From NCBI GenBank assembly GCA_973851085.1, contig OZ316775.1, forward strand, positions 4,588,001 to 4,652,000: a DNA stretch of 64,000 nt, written 5' to 3'. This DNA comes from Ptychomitrium polyphyllum (taxonomy: Eukaryota). Each line of letters opens with the position of its first letter. Positions within the stretch are counted from its first letter, which is position 1. Positions 1 through 13,660 of this stretch are shown here, in pieces. A model generated the notes under the pieces. That model was not told the DNA's origin and searched no databases. It saw only the letters and a program-made list of their open reading frames with translations. Both the position numbers and the translations under genes were made by a program.

Positions 1-636
1 TATTAGATTGTATTTATATTATTAAAGTATTATCAATACATTTATCAAAGTAGAACGAGGTTTTTGATTAAAGATTTTATTATAATTTGATGTATTTTAA
101 ATTTTAAAGATTTCCATTTGAAGCATTGATGTTCTCTAGTAGAAGTAAATTTTGTAAGTTTGAGACCAACATTACAAGTTCTTTTTACAATAGTAGTATT
201 TTCTTAGTTTTGTAAAACCAGTAGGTTGTGCTATTTAAGTTTTTTTTTTATCATAGAACAAAATAAAGACATGAAGAACATTAAGAAGTTGTAAAAAAGG
301 GCATATGTTAGTGGATCAAAAAGGAACAATATCGATTTCCTTAGAATGTCACATGCCACACAACAAGTCATTTTCCCGTATGGATTGACCTTGGAGGAAC
401 AATTCTTTATCCATGCCAGCCCTTATGGAATAAAATTGGAGTGACACTTCTTCCTCCTGACTCCTGAATGGGATAGATCAGATCTTCATCAAATTCCCAC
501 TGGGCAGCCTGTGCCTTCGGAGCTGAAATTCCACATGACGACATGATGCAACTGTAAAATGAGCTCATGAGCACAAATGGTCAAAGCTACCTCAATCAAG
601 AAAACGAGAAGCACGGAGGGACAACACGAGATCGCT

Positions 637-718
637 CGTGCTCAGCAGGATTCGACCCTGCGCAGGCGAAGCCCACGTGATTTCTGGTCGTGGCCGATAA
701 CTACTCCGGTATGACCAC
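637..718 (-). pseudogene. tRNA-Ser(AGA)-like gene, probably a pseudogene
   Basis: The reverse complement, GTGGTCATACCGGAGTAGTTATCGGCCACGACCAGAAATCACGTGGGCTTCGCCTGCGCAGGGTCGAATCCTGCTGAGCACG (82 nt), has the layout of plant cytosolic tRNA-Ser: long variable arm, AGA anticodon, T-stem GCAGG/CCTGC. Defects are a G4:G69 mismatch, D-loop GG changed to AG, two anticodon-stem mismatches, C at position 33, and T-loop GTCGAAT instead of TTCGAAT. Confidence 0.85.
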
Positions 719-3700
719 TAGCAGTTACAGCCAGAGAACCCACCTGCAGACTGACAAGTTCGTCATTCTCGGAGTCAGTTGTTCTATATCGAAAGTACCA
801 AACTATATGAACTATTTTACTAGAGTTGGGTTAGTTATAAGTGCCCCTTCTCATCCTACTGTACTCGGACCTACAATGCTGGAGAGAGATCACAAACATA
901 TTTTTTTATTTCTCTGGATTAAGAGCAGACAGTCGAACACACCGTGGCGACCGACGACCGTCGACCGTGGGGTTGCACTTTCAGTCTCTTCACCGTGGTG
1001 ACTAATAATGTAGATCGGATCCTCTCGCTAATTAATCACTTTGTGAAGGAGGTGTTAAACTATCCCACCGATAAGTTATGTTAATTAGTTGTGCTAGTGC
1101 TGATGGCTGTGAAAACACTACTAGCAAAAGCTTACTAGTAGTGTTTTTACTGGTGGAGGATGCTGCAGTAAACTGGGAGGACTTTGCCGTGAGATTTGTA
1201 GCACCAAGTACACACAAACAACGTTCATGTTGCAGTGCTAGCATACATCTTGCAGCACTAGGAAGCATGGTTCCGGCAAATGAGATGCACATTGGTATTT
1301 TCCAGTGTTAACATAATATCGTAACTCGTTCTGGACGAACCTGGTTGTACGTTTGAACTTTGACGAGAGTACGCGCCGCGAAATGATAATGTTTCGAAGA
1401 ATCTGTGTATTTACTCCAGGTCTTGCGAAGGATGAACGGTGATGAGTAAGGTGGGATATGAGCCAATGCCTGGCGAAAGGTGACGTTAGCATCACCTTGA
1501 AGTTTTAAGGTACGTACTGTGAACGTATTGAGGTTACATCACATGCATCAGTTAGTCAGTATGATCCCTTCCATGCTGCTCTTGGATCATTGTAAAAACT
1601 TGCTTTGCAGTATGTGGTCTTATAAAAAAAACCTGCTTGGAGCATCTGTGGACATGCTGTGCTCTGCTTATGACTTGTGTTTCGCGAAAATATCTTCGTG
1701 TAAGTTTTACATCAGATTCTAGGATTTCTTGAGGTTTGAAGCTCTGTTCACCTTGTTGTTCTGTCAGACCTTTCCTTCTAAGCTTCCCAATATTAGGTAC
1801 TGTGTTACAATTGCGCCACTGACGAGCTCACATTCATTGTAAATACCTTCGTTCTGGGAAATTGTGTCATTTGAAACCTTTTTCCCTCAACCACAACCTT
1901 CTGTAGCTGGCATTCCAACCTCTGTTAACACACTCATTATCAATACCATCTGAAGATGGCCAGAGCATCCGAAAGACTTGAGGTTTATCTAAGTAATTCC
2001 TGTCTATAATTCGTCTCAGGCAGTTCAGGACTTGGATTGGCCCACGCCTCTGTTTCATGGGCTCAATAATGTTCTCAGCTTAAATCATCAGAAAAAGAAT
2101 TTGAATCCCTCGTTATGGTGCTTGAAATGATTAGCTCTTATCTTGGACCTTCCTCTTCAATATACACATGACCCACTCAGTGTTGATTTCCTTGCATGCT
2201 TTCTGTGTAATACTGAGCTGTAAAATTGGCGGAAGATAAGCTGCTCAGTAAATCACACAGTTTAGGGAGGCGGTCAAAAGCGCCTCATGATGTGAATCGC
2301 AGACGGCGTTACAGGGATATTTATGAAGAAACAAGATGATGCTCAAGGTCGTCTTCTCTTCTATCTTTATCGTACAATCTGAGCGGCGTCTCCGAGAATT
2401 CGAATGTGCTTTCCCACGAGTTGCTTGCCTGATTCAATCACACGTAACAGACTACAACTTAGCTGCACATTGAGCAATGTATTTCACTGCGCAGTGACAA
2501 TACTTCACTGTATCAATTTGTAACAATCAGTTTTCAAGAACCGTAAGAGAGGGGAATAATGTATTTTATTCTAGGAACTTATAAGATTACTGTGCTTTTG
2601 TGTTGTACTTCTGTGCTGTCAGGTCAATTACTTTCCCATGTGTTTACTGTATAGTTAATCAAGTTGAACCTACTACTGCCCTATTTCATGCTGAATTGAC
2701 TTTTCAGCTTTGCTTCTGCATGTTGTCCATAACAATGCTGTGTGGTCTTTTGGAAAATCATACTTTGTTTTCTAGGCTGACACCTTAAGACAGTAGAATC
2801 AGAATGTGAAACTCGGAGATTACTTTGACACCGGGGCACTGATGTAGGGATAGCACCGCTTCTGGATCAGTCAGGGAAATTTGAGTGCTTCAACAATATT
2901 TCACTTTTGCTGCTCTCAGAAAGCAGAATCATTAAATACTCACTTGAATTTGGGTTCTGACCTCGAGACCAGTTGGTAATGCACTAATACATGACTCAAA
3001 TATTTATCATTGAAATGCTGTAGGCTCTATGCGGCCACCAACGCAATGCTAGAGTATATCAATCTACCCTTCTTTGCAGGCTCATCAGTGTGTGCAGGTA
3101 ATAGTGTTTTTCAATGATATCAGCAGTCCAAAGTCTGATTTACCATGCGCTGTCATCTACGGTTTATGAAGATGATTGACCTGCCATCTGAGCGACCAGT
3201 ACTTGTTGCAAATTAATACTGCATCATCGGGTGACGCATTCCATCTTGGACCAACTTCATATATACATTCTATATCTCAACCTTCTGAGCAAACGACACT
3301 TAGGATGTTTAAATATTGTGTACAACCTATTAGACATGCACTGACACTTAGTTCGGATCCATTGGTACACAGAAAAGTTGTATCTATTTTCAATATTTTG
3401 CACGGTTTTGGGCTTCACCATATTTCACTGATTATGCTGGACACGTAATAGTTCTGTAGTTAGGTTGTCCTGTACAGCTGGTACCATATTCTGTAAAAGC
3501 GTGTGGTAGGGGATGAAGGTTGTGCCTTCTCAGGATTTTGAGGTAGTACAATATTCAAGTACCCAAGTGGGTCCTCCTGGAACCTCTTCACGAGTTGACA
3601 GTCAGATGCTGGTGCAAGTCTCAAAATCCTGCCCTGTCCAATCTCCATGGAGGTTATGCAACATTCTTGTGCTTAGAAGTTCCTCCTGTACTTCGACTAA

Positions 3701-4948
3701 GTTTATATAAATCCGAAAAATTGCTCACATTTCCCAAATGTGAGCCGAGCTGTACAAATGGGCCTGATGAGTGGTATTTGGAACGACTCTTGCACAAATG
3801 CAGGAGATTGTTCCTTCGAACTTCTGCGCCTCTCAATGTCTGGGACTTACAGACGTTTGCAGATAGGTACGAACATTAGTTCCATCAATTTGCAAGATCG
3901 TTTCATGTGCAAATGCAAAGCGTTGTACCGCTGCCACATGCGGCGAGCAGACCAGTGTTCTCAAATCATAAAATGGTGCCATAGTACAGAAGGTCACTGG
4001 AGAGGTGTATTAAAGAAAAGGAGCTGCAAATTCACCTGGCGTTCCTGCAACAATCATGGTGCCAGCCTGCCTTCGGCATGGAGAGGCCAGTAGTAGTGGC
4101 CTGGGCAAAAGCATAACCAAGGGTCGGTACTATTAGGCCAAACCCACCCGAAAATCGCCAAATCCAATAAATTATAGAATTTCCAAAATTATTGATGCAC
4201 AAGTGAATCAAACTTTGCACACGCCTATTTCTGCAACAAGCAGTCACAGCATCGAATGATTCTTGGTTGCTCCAGCTAGCACCTGCAATTTCACCAGCCA
4301 TTGCAGTAGTACTTGTACATGATGAACAGTAGTGGAGATGTCATATACTGGAACTATTAATAATATACCTCATCCAATGTTATCTAACCGAGTCCTTCCA
4401 TCTGATTGCTATGTTGTGGTGCGCAATCCTCAAGCTACTCTTCTCGCCCTTGTCTGGATGTTGTTTTCACGTCAGCATCATTTACGAATGAGGACAGCTG
4501 GCGAATAATACTAGCCTCTTTTGTTACCCTGTCCACGAACAAAACTCTTTTCGTTAACTGTAAAAACTTTGGTTGGATCCTAGTGCTGTGACAGGGAGCT
4601 TTGTCTCTGGGTGAGTACTATATATTGTGGTCTGGAGCTTCAGAGCGATTGCACTGATCAGTTCGTGCACCAGAGTTGCAGTCTCAGCTGAAGGTCCTCA
4701 CAGCTCGAGTTGCACGCTCGATCTGTTGCAATGTCTGGTTGAGATAACAGTTATTATCTCTAATTGAACCAGTGCATCGTGCCATCGTTTCCAGCTGCTT
4801 TCCTTGGAAATTGATCCTCTGTCAGCAGCCGGAATCCATTCTTACCGCCCAGTTTTGAAGACAAGCGATGCATTGCCTACTTTGAGCAGTGACTCTTGCA
4901 AAAGTGTAGTGCAAGGATTGCTGAGCACTCAAGAATTGGGTGGAAAAG

Positions 4949-7199
4949 ATGGCGACAGTTTTCGTTGCCAGCATTGTTTTGGTAGTAATGGTGATGGGTA
5001 CAAGTGTAGTGACACAAGTGTTGGGAATTCGCAACCTCGATTCTACCAGTTCTAAAATAACCGTTACACCTGCCGCTATCTCGAGTACACGGCTGACTAA
5101 GGATGTGGTTCCCGCTTTGGTGATATTTGGGGATTCCACTGTGGATGCCGGCAATAACAACTACATGCCCACCATTGTCAAGTCCAACTTTCAGCCTTAC
5201 GGCATGAATTTTGAAGGGCATGTACCCACAGGCCGCTTCACTGACGGACTGCTAGTCACGGATTATATCTGTAAGTTTCCATCACTATCCGCGTCTTCCA
5301 TGTAACCACATCGTGAACCCATTGTGAAGTTGATGAATCTTTTGTTCTGTTTCTGATGTAACACATGTTTGTTTAAGAATAACAGGCTCATGGTTTGTAC
5401 TCAGAACTTAACAGTTGATAGGTCAGCTGAAACCTCCGACATGAGCTGCACTCTAATCAGTTATGTCTGTTCATCACCTGTTTCTAATTTGCAGCTCAAA
5501 AGCTTGGGATTCCATTGCAGCTTCCATACATGTCCCCGGATGCACACGGAGAGGCCATTCTCACCGGCATAAATTTTGCGTCCTCAGCATCCGGATGGTT
5601 CGAGAATACTGCCACACACTTTGTATGTGACTTCTTTTACACTGAACTACATTGCTGATGAAAGTTTTGTTAAAGGCCCACTTTTGTACAATAGTGGTAT
5701 TAAATTTGCAACATGGCATTTATTTCCATATTTTTTACAGCACACAAAAATGTAAACTCGCATGATTCAACACGATTGCTAGCATGTAAGCTCAATGCAG
5801 ATATACGGTGATAAGTGCCACTGCAATCGTTATCAAGGACGTTAAGCTGTTAAGGCAGCTTTCAGTTCAGAGTTCGTTGGCTTAGACAACATTCAGTGCG
5901 AATTTGCCTAATAATCAGTGGCTAATACTGAGTTCAGAGTAATCTTTTAGGCAAATGTGTGTACAGATATCATTCTTGTCCAGTACATCATGTGAGTTCC
6001 TTACGGATTTCCGAGTATGGGGAACTAGTAAAGTTAGCAGTGAGTAGGGATCATAAATCGAGATGCTTTTTGGAAGTAATTTTTTGATGTCCAAGGTTGA
6101 GGTTTCTGTTCTACTGCAAAAATCTGACGAAGGCTTTCTGTTTGTGTGAGCAGAATGTGAAAGGGCTGGATGCCCAGTTCGAGTGGTACAACAACTGGAA
6201 GGTGGAGGTCCTCAAATTGGCAGGGCCGACGAGGGGCAATTTCATCATCTCCAATGCTCTGTATGCAATCAGCACTGGCACCAACGACTGGGTCAACAAC
6301 TATTATGTCAATCTCCATCTCCAGAACGAGTATTCTCTGGATAAATACACCACTCTCCTACTTGACAACATTCGTAAATACATGATGGTATGTGCTGCTA
6401 CTCAGACAAATTCTAAGTCAGATTTTTTGGCAAATTTATGTTTTCCTAGTTATTTGACACAACAGTTGCCAAGCATGTAAGAAGCACAAAAGCGAAGAAA
6501 CTTGATTGTGGTTGCTCCAGCCCGTGATGTGTAGATTCTGAGATACCTTGGTGTCATGTATTATTTGTGTGGTTGGCAGGAGCTTTACACGATGGGAGGA
6601 CGCAACATTGTGCTCCTGAACCTCCCACCTCTGGGCTGCGTTCCATCACAGATCACCTTGCATGGCCATGGAAACTCAACCTGTGTGAAGAGGCTCAACG
6701 ATGTTGCCACCAACATGAACTTGCAGATCGCCAGCTTAGTTGAAGACTTGAAGAAGCACACCCCCGGAGCAAGGCTCATCCTCGTTGACATCTACGGACC
6801 TATCGACAATGCCTTCCAAGATCCTCAAAAATATGGTATTAAAGCCCACGCCCAATTTCATACATCTTTCAACAAGCACTATTCAAGAACCTTCTATTCC
6901 CTCAAAGTATTGGATGATTTGTTAAACTGCAAGTACAATATGTTGTAACTCAACAATCAATTAAGTAATGATTTGGTTATGTCTCTTCAGGGTTCAAATA
7001 TGCCAGGGATGGGTGCTGTGGAACAGGGGACCTGGAAGTTTCAGTTTTGTGCAACAGAGTTACTGCTAGTACTTGCAGTAATCCTTCTGAGCATATATTC
7101 TGGGACAGCTTTCACCCCACCTCGCACTTCTACAGCCAGTTAGCTGATTATATGTACAATCTTGCTGGACCCATTCTTCTGGCACCACCCCAACCTTAG
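4949..7199 (+). CDS. GDSL esterase/lipase (SGNH hydrolase), 5 exons
   Basis: Exons 4949-5270, 5495-5622, 6154-6387, 6580-6835 and 6991-7199 are all GT-AG and in frame. Hydrophobic N-terminus, then [37 protein letters not shown] and catalytic FWDSFHP. Confidence 0.95.
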
Positions 7200-8301
7200 A
7201 CGTCAGATCAAGGCTTAAGTGTATCTGATCATCAAAATAGAATTCTTAAAAAATTGGACTGAACTTGATGTGGATGGAGATCAAAACTGGTTTTCTGCCA
7301 ATTCTTTTTTGCACTGTAGTAGTGACCTGTTGTATCAAGTATAGTAACCTAGCTACATGAATTTTATCTGATTTTTTTATTCCTTTGTGGATTTCGTAGA
7401 ACTCCAAATTTTTGTACTAAAATAAGCTCTGCAACTTGCATGCTGAAAATAACAAATTATCCGATATTGAGAGGTTGCCTCCACATGAGATTTTTCCCTG
7501 TTAAGTTGGTCTCCTTCTGCTGGCATTCTGACAATTGTCAAACTTGATCAGTTTGAAACCAGTCCACATAATGAAGCTCCTAGTGTTTGCAACCAGCGGT
7601 CTTTCACATACTTCTCATGTGGTCAACTTCGATGAAAAACTTTGCAGCCCAGTTGACCTGCATAAAGAGAGATGTTTCTTTGGAATTCTGGCCTTTAAAC
7701 ATGAACATTTACATTTCCTGGCAGCAGTTTGGAGATTTTACATTGAAAAGTCATCAGTATAGAGGCGCTCAACGGATAGAAAAGTCTCCAAGTTGTATTC
7801 CTGATAAATTCACATGCTGTTTGCTTCTGTCATATGTTGCTAGAGTTGTCATGTTTGACATGTGAAAAGTACAACCCCAGGTGCAACCTAAGTTCATATG
7901 ATGTGCTGCTGTGGCCGTAGAGTGCTACTTTTGACTCTGCTTTCTTAAGGCTGTGTGTGAGTGATTCTGTAGGACCAGGACTGTGAAACTCAAATGGGTA
8001 TTATGGAGCCACCTTTCTCAATAATGTATGCACATTAATGTGTCGCAATAAATGCTATTATGAACATATGCAGGGATGTATTTCTAAGGCTGCCATATGT
8101 GCAGATCAGTAGGGAGCCTTTTGTGAGTCTATAATTCAGGTTTACAATGATTTTTACTGGTGTTGAGCTGCAACAGTTTGGACCATGTAATACTTTCATG
8201 TAATACTTTTGAGGTAGGGACCCATTCTTTGAACATTTTAAACCAAGATATGCGTTCCATTAGAAGCGTGATAAAACTCTGTGTAGGTCTTTTTTCCAAT
8301 T

Positions 8302-8355
8302 TAGGAAAGAATTCTGAAAGCTAAAACATAGGAAAGAATTCTGAAAACTAAAACA
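8302..8355. repeat. 27-bp tandem duplication
   Basis: taggaaagaattctgaaa(g/a)ctaaaaca twice, with one mismatch. Confidence 0.9.
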
Positions 8356-10352
8356 TGTGTTATTGAGATATCATATAAAGAGGTTATAAATTTTTTAATT
8401 TTTATCTTGTAAGAATTTGAATTGTGGTATAGGTTTTGATTATCTAATTGTTGTACATTCTTGTCTTTTCCATGCTTTCAACTTTTTGGTTTAGTTCACA
8501 TTCAATTTGATTAAGTTTAATAAAAGTTTTTTTATAAATTCCATATTCAATTGTTGTAAATGAAAAATTAGTTTAACCTACAATAGATAAGTCTAAACAA
8601 TTTTGCAAAGCCATACTAAAATTGCTAATGTGGTTGAAGATGCTATATTAGTATGATGATTTCATGTAAGGTAGTATATAAATGTCTATATTTCAAAAAG
8701 ATACAACACTCTTAATAAAGACTTTTTGGACTTCTTTCAAATTCACAACCTCTATTATGAATAGAATTATAAGGCTCATGTCTTTATATATTGAATTTAG
8801 TTATAAATCTTTAAAGGTTGAGATGGTTATATGTCCTTGCAAGTTCATTACAAATTTTTAGTTATATATGAAGTTTTATAGAACCGAAAAACTATCACAA
8901 AATAAATTTAATATAGGCACAGTTATTTCCTATTTTAGGCTTAAATTATCAAATTTAAAGTGTGAAGATTAAAATATGACATGCACAAATTAAATATTAT
9001 GAAGCTTGGATTGAGCATAGGAATTTTTTGTTTATAATTCTCTTCAAATACCCCAATAAACCTTAGTAATAACAAATTTTTTGAAGCTCTTTAATTATAC
9101 ATATTCTATACAAGGATAGATTATCAGCGTTTTTATACAAAACATTTAGTCCTTTCTAAAAATAAAAATTCCATTGACATGTTGTCGTGGAATCGTTTCT
9201 TACCCTTTACACAGTTTTAGTTCTTTTTCTTTTTCATACTGTCAAGCAGACATTTGGGAAAAAATTGCCAAAACTGACCCTCGTGAACACTTGGTTCTGC
9301 CTGGCAGGACCTCAATTCTCACAAACCCAGTGACGCCTATAGGGCCCCTTTAACCTGTAAAGTGCAGACCACGAAACCCAGACTCAAGGGCAAGATAGCG
9401 AAGCACCAATAAGAAACATGCCTTCCACCAACCCCCCACGAATAGAAATCAGACGCACTGGGCCCCACGTCTACCTTACTGTAGACCACTCTCATCCATC
9501 AGTTCTCCTCCCGAGCCCTGCCTCTCCAGCTCCGCCACGTCCGTCATGCCGAGATTCCAAAAACCTGGCAGATTCAGTGCCATCGTCGTAATCCCCACAT
9601 TAGTTCTTCTCTCAAATTTAATCACTTCCCAGAAGCTGGCTAGACGTAACGTGATCCCAGTTCCATCTACCCGGGCTTTACATACAACCCCCTTGAAGCT
9701 ACGGAGAGCATGGACAGCGACGCTTGTGCAAGGGATGTATATCCAAAACCGTCACCGCACCTAAAGCCGTTTGTATACTAAAATGCCCCACTGTCTACCA
9801 AGGGTCTACTGTGACTTGGATACTGTCGCTGCTGCAATGAGTGTCGTCATTGTATAAAAGTTGCGTACACAAAATCGTCACTAAACTCAGAACCACCAAT
9901 TATCCACCAATAAACGACAAGTAGAATAAACGACGGTCTTCTACATATATCCCTTTAGTTCTCCTAAGAAATGCTTACCCGACACCAATTCTATGTCGAA
10001 AACCGGTACTATCTACTAAGGAGTAGATTCCAGCCTCTGGAAATGTATAAAATCGTAGGTGATTTCGGTTGTTAGTACGGCGACGGTTTTCGATGTGCAT
10101 CGCTAATACCGTCCATCGGGCTCCGAGGTTCCCGTCGACGAGAGTTTCGGCCGCCGTCGGTTCGCGGCGAGGATGAGGTCGTCGTTGACGATTGGAGGGT
10201 GAAGGCGAGGCCATGGGTGCATGCGAGGCGGCCTAGAGTTGCGTTTTGTTTGTGTTGCGTTGCGGTGCAGGCGTGCGGAGCGGAGCTCGATCTCGGAGCT
10301 CAGGCTTGAACTCAAGCCTTCTCTCGAGAGTACGCAGAGCGCATTCGCTGCC

Positions 10353-11285
10353 ATGGCCGCCGTAGACACGAAGAAGTCGCAATCGCCGACCATGGACACG
10401 CAGAAGGCGACCTCCACGGTGTGGACGACGATCAAGCCGTTTATGAACGGAGGCCTCTCGGGGATGGGCGCGACGTGCGTGATCCAGCCCGTGGACATGA
10501 TCAAGGTGCGCATCCAGCTCGGGCAGGGCGGCGCCATGGTGGTGGCGAAGAATGTGATCGCCAACGAGGGTTTCGGGGGGCTGTACAAGGGTTTGTCGGC
10601 TGGGCTGCTGCGCCAGGCGACTTACACGACGGCGCGCCTCGGGACGTTCAGGATCCTCACGAACAAGGCGTTGGCGGCGAACGACGGGAAGCCGCTGCCG
10701 TTGTACCAGAAGGCGCTCTGCGGGCTCACGGCTGGCGCCGTGGGCGCGTCCGTGGGGAGCCCTGCCGATCTTGCCCTAATCCGGATGCAGGCGGACGCGA
10801 CGTTACCCGAGGCGCAGCGACGGCATTACAAGAATGCATTCCATGCGCTCACACGGATCTCGAAAGATGAGGGGGTTCTGGCGTTGTGGAAGGGAGCCGG
10901 ACCGACGGTGGTGCGTGCGATGGCGTTGAACATGGGTATGCTTGCGTCGTACGATCAGTCTGTGGAGTTTTTCAGAGATTCCTTGAGCTTTGGGGAGGTG
11001 CCAACGCTTGTGGGCGCCAGTGCTGTGTCTGGGTTCTTTGCGTCTGCTTGCAGCTTGCCGTTTGATTACGTGAAGACGCAAATTCAGAAAATGCAGCCTG
11101 GACCTGACGGCAAATATCCGTACACTGGATCAGTTGATTGTGCCCTTAAGACATTGGCGGCGGGAGGCCCTCTGAAATTCTACTCTGGGTTTGGTACTTA
11201 CTGTGTGCGAATTGCGCCTCATGTGATGATGACCTGGATCTTCTTGAACGAGATTCAAAAGTTTGAGAAGTCGTTCGGATTGTAA
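10353..11285 (+). CDS. DTC: Mitochondrial dicarboxylate/tricarboxylate carrier (SLC25/MCF), intronless, 310 aa
   Basis: VWTTIKPFMNGGLSGMGATCVIQPVDMIKVRIQLGQG and GLSAGLLRQATYTTARLG match plant DTC. Three PxD/ExxK/R carrier signatures (PVDMIK, PADLAL, PFDYVK). ATG 10353 has good context (gccATGG); ATG 10392 is an in-frame alternative. Confidence 0.95.
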   Translation: MAAVDTKKSQSPTMDTQKATSTVWTTIKPFMNGGLSGMGATCVIQPVDMIKVRIQLGQGGAMVVAKNVIANEGFGGLYKGLSAGLLRQATYTTARLGTFRILTNKALAANDGKPLPLYQKALCGLTAGAVGASVGSPADLALIRMQADATLPEAQRRHYKNAFHALTRISKDEGVLALWKGAGPTVVRAMALNMGMLASYDQSVEFFRDSLSFGEVPTLVGASAVSGFFASACSLPFDYVKTQIQKMQPGPDGKYPYTGSVDCALKTLAAGGPLKFYSGFGTYCVRIAPHVMMTWIFLNEIQKFEKSFGL

Positions 11286-13191
11286 GTTGGATGACCATTT
11301 TATACAGGGTTTCATATATTCACTTGCAGACCCACTTCTATGTTGCTTATAGTTACTGATTTATTTCATTTTCCTTTTGGTCGTCTTAGATTTACAGGTC
11401 TTTCTCGAAGGCAATGCTTTTAGATTTCCTTTAATGTGTTTAGGCAGTTTATTGCGATGCTGGTTTACAGCGCGCACAAGGGCCGTAATTGTGGATCCTG
11501 GGATGCCCCTCCCTGATCTAACGAGGGGCTTTTAATCTTATAAGTAGAATTCCGGATCAGGGACGCTGTTGCTGAGATGATAGAATAAAGAGTTTTTGCT
11601 AAATGAGTGCAGAGGTTGTTGTGGTTCTCCACCAATTTTTTCTGGTCAACAGGACCATGATCCTACTCCTGTACTTAGGAGTCTGGTGGTTTAGGAGGAA
11701 GAAGTAGCCAAGGTGATCACTTGTGATATATTTGCGCCTTACTCGAAGGTTCTGGCTGTACCTGATAGCTCATTTCTTAAAAACAACAGTTCAGTACACT
11801 CTTATTCGTGTTTCGCTTTTACATGTGCTGCTTTGTCGCCATGTCTTTGTGATTTATTTTTGTGATGAGATTTTAAGATTCAGAAAAGTTCATGTTGATC
11901 AGGCGATGCAACTTTTGCGTGAATTCGACTTGTATTTGTGTTGTATCTAGAAGTATTGAGTATGTGGTCAATGGCCAACCAGATTAATTATTGATTTGCA
12001 TTGTATCTGATTATTGGCTATAGCTAACCTCCAGGATGGTTTGACTAATCAGAAAAACCGTTTTGCCAGAGATGAATCTTTTTGGCATGTCCACCTTGCC
12101 TTGTGTATCTAATATGTGGACATTTCTGGTTTGTGTATCTAATTTTTGTTCTATCTTGTGTGTCTTCTCTAGACGCGTAGTCGTCCATAGGATCTCCATA
12201 GTGTAGTTTTCGATTGAAGAATCGAGTGAGATGATGGGCGAAACATAGCTGGGAGACGGATATGTCTTTGATTTGTCCACACTGTGGTTATGAAGCTGTT
12301 AACTTCGTGATTAGTGGACGCTGTATAGTTCCTTCAAGCGTTAATGTAAGTTCGCAATGTTAATCTGTTTGTTGGCCACAAACCAGCTTGTCCATCACAC
12401 GTAGTATGGTCCTTAGTAGATTTCAGCGGAGCGACGTCGCACTTGGGATTTGAATGGAATGGTGTAAATTCGTCCAAGTTTGTTCCGCGTGATAGGTGTG
12501 ATAGGTGTGCGAAAATTTTTTATGTCAATTAGGGCCGCCTTAAGGCCACTTCACAGGTGTCGGTTATTTTAGATTTGGAACAAGTTATGGGAGAAAATGG
12601 AAACATATTAAAAATAATTAAGATGGGAATAGTGTTTTTTTGTGGACCAAATTTTGGATCTATCATTTCAAAAGAAGGTTAATGAAAGAAGAACTTCCTA
12701 CAATATTTTTATCATATAGTGAGCCAATTCAAAACATATAGCTTTTCAAGCAAACTTAAAATTTTTACTAACCATGTTGTTAAGACATTCTAAATATGAA
12801 TAGAAATCTATTTTCTTGTGGACAATGGGACTGAGCATGAAGTGACCCTTATACTTTCTGTCATTCTACATAAGTAAATTTTTTTTGGCCATATTTAGTA
12901 AATTTTAGCAATGTGCTTGGTTGAAGTTTACAAGTTCTCTGAGAAGCTATATATATTGTGTAGTTGTCCATGAAAGAAGCTAGTTGAATATGGATGAAAA
13001 GATGATTTTGACTACCCACATAGTAAGAATTGTTATAAAAGAGTTTTTTCCCATTGATCCTTTTAAAAGTGCTCTTGCAACAACAATCCAAGACTTGATC
13101 CACAAAAAAGGTCTTTTTTCATCTTGATATCCCATCTTTGGGCTAAAATATTTTGCTTGTCCCCTCTCGCACAGGACAAAGTGAAATGATA

Positions 13192-13382
13192 GCTTCTGAA
13201 CGCTTGGGATTCTAGAGACAAGTAGTAGCACGAGTGTAGTGGGCAGAGAAGAAGCAAGGCAAGGAGAAGACTTTAGAACTGCATTGAGAGAGCGACATCA
13301 GCTAGAATCTTGTGGCGATCACTCTGGTTCTCATCAGGCCGTCTCATCCATGTATCCCAGCCAGTGCGGCACTTTGCCTAAG
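13192..13382 (+). pseudogene. Fragment of an F-box gene N-terminus, homologous to the gene at 45141-46694
   Basis: Reads ASERLGF*...SVVGREEARQGEDFRTALRERHQLESCGDHSGSHQAVSSMYPSQCGTLPK, versus AAERLGFS...SVVGTDEAREGEDFRAALRERRQPKNCGDHSRSESAPSMDPSRWGTLPK in the intact gene. It contains a stop and an indel and breaks off at the start of the F-box. Confidence 0.85.
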
Positions 13383-13432
13383 CAGCGCACGTTAGCCATC
13401 ATCATGAAAAAACCCACCAGTTGCTGCCATAT

Positions 13433-13660
13433 CAACTGAATATGAGGTTCACCAGGTCAACTGAATATGAGGTTCACCAGGCGGCAACTGGTTATGCAAT
13501 CCACCAAGCATATGCAATCCACCAAGCAGCAACTGCATCTGAGATTCACCAAGGCACCCACTGGACATGAGTTTCATTGGAGCACCAACTAACTGGACAT
13601 GAGTTTCACCCAGGCACCCGGTGGATCTAAGGTTCACCAGGGCATGAATAAGGGCATGAA
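13433..13660. repeat. Degenerate minisatellite of about 25-28-bp units
   Basis: caactgaatatgaggttcaccagg twice (13433, 13458), tatgcaatccaccaagca twice, actggacatgagtttca twice and agggcatgaata twice. Confidence 0.8.

Noticed and set aside
637..718. Possible tRNA-Sec or suppressor tRNA
   Set aside because: The anticodon is AGA, and the length and arms match ordinary tRNA-Ser.
690..4600. Many short ORFs upstream of the GDSL gene
   Set aside because: No recognisable domains, and I could not build a consistent exon chain. A non-coding transcript or decayed gene cannot be excluded.
10103..11081. ORFs overlapping DTC (10103-10588 -, 10421-10870 +, 10803-11081 -) and the 44-codon extension from 10221
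   Set aside because: These are shadow ORFs of GC-rich coding sequence. Similarity to DTC starts after the ATG at 10353.
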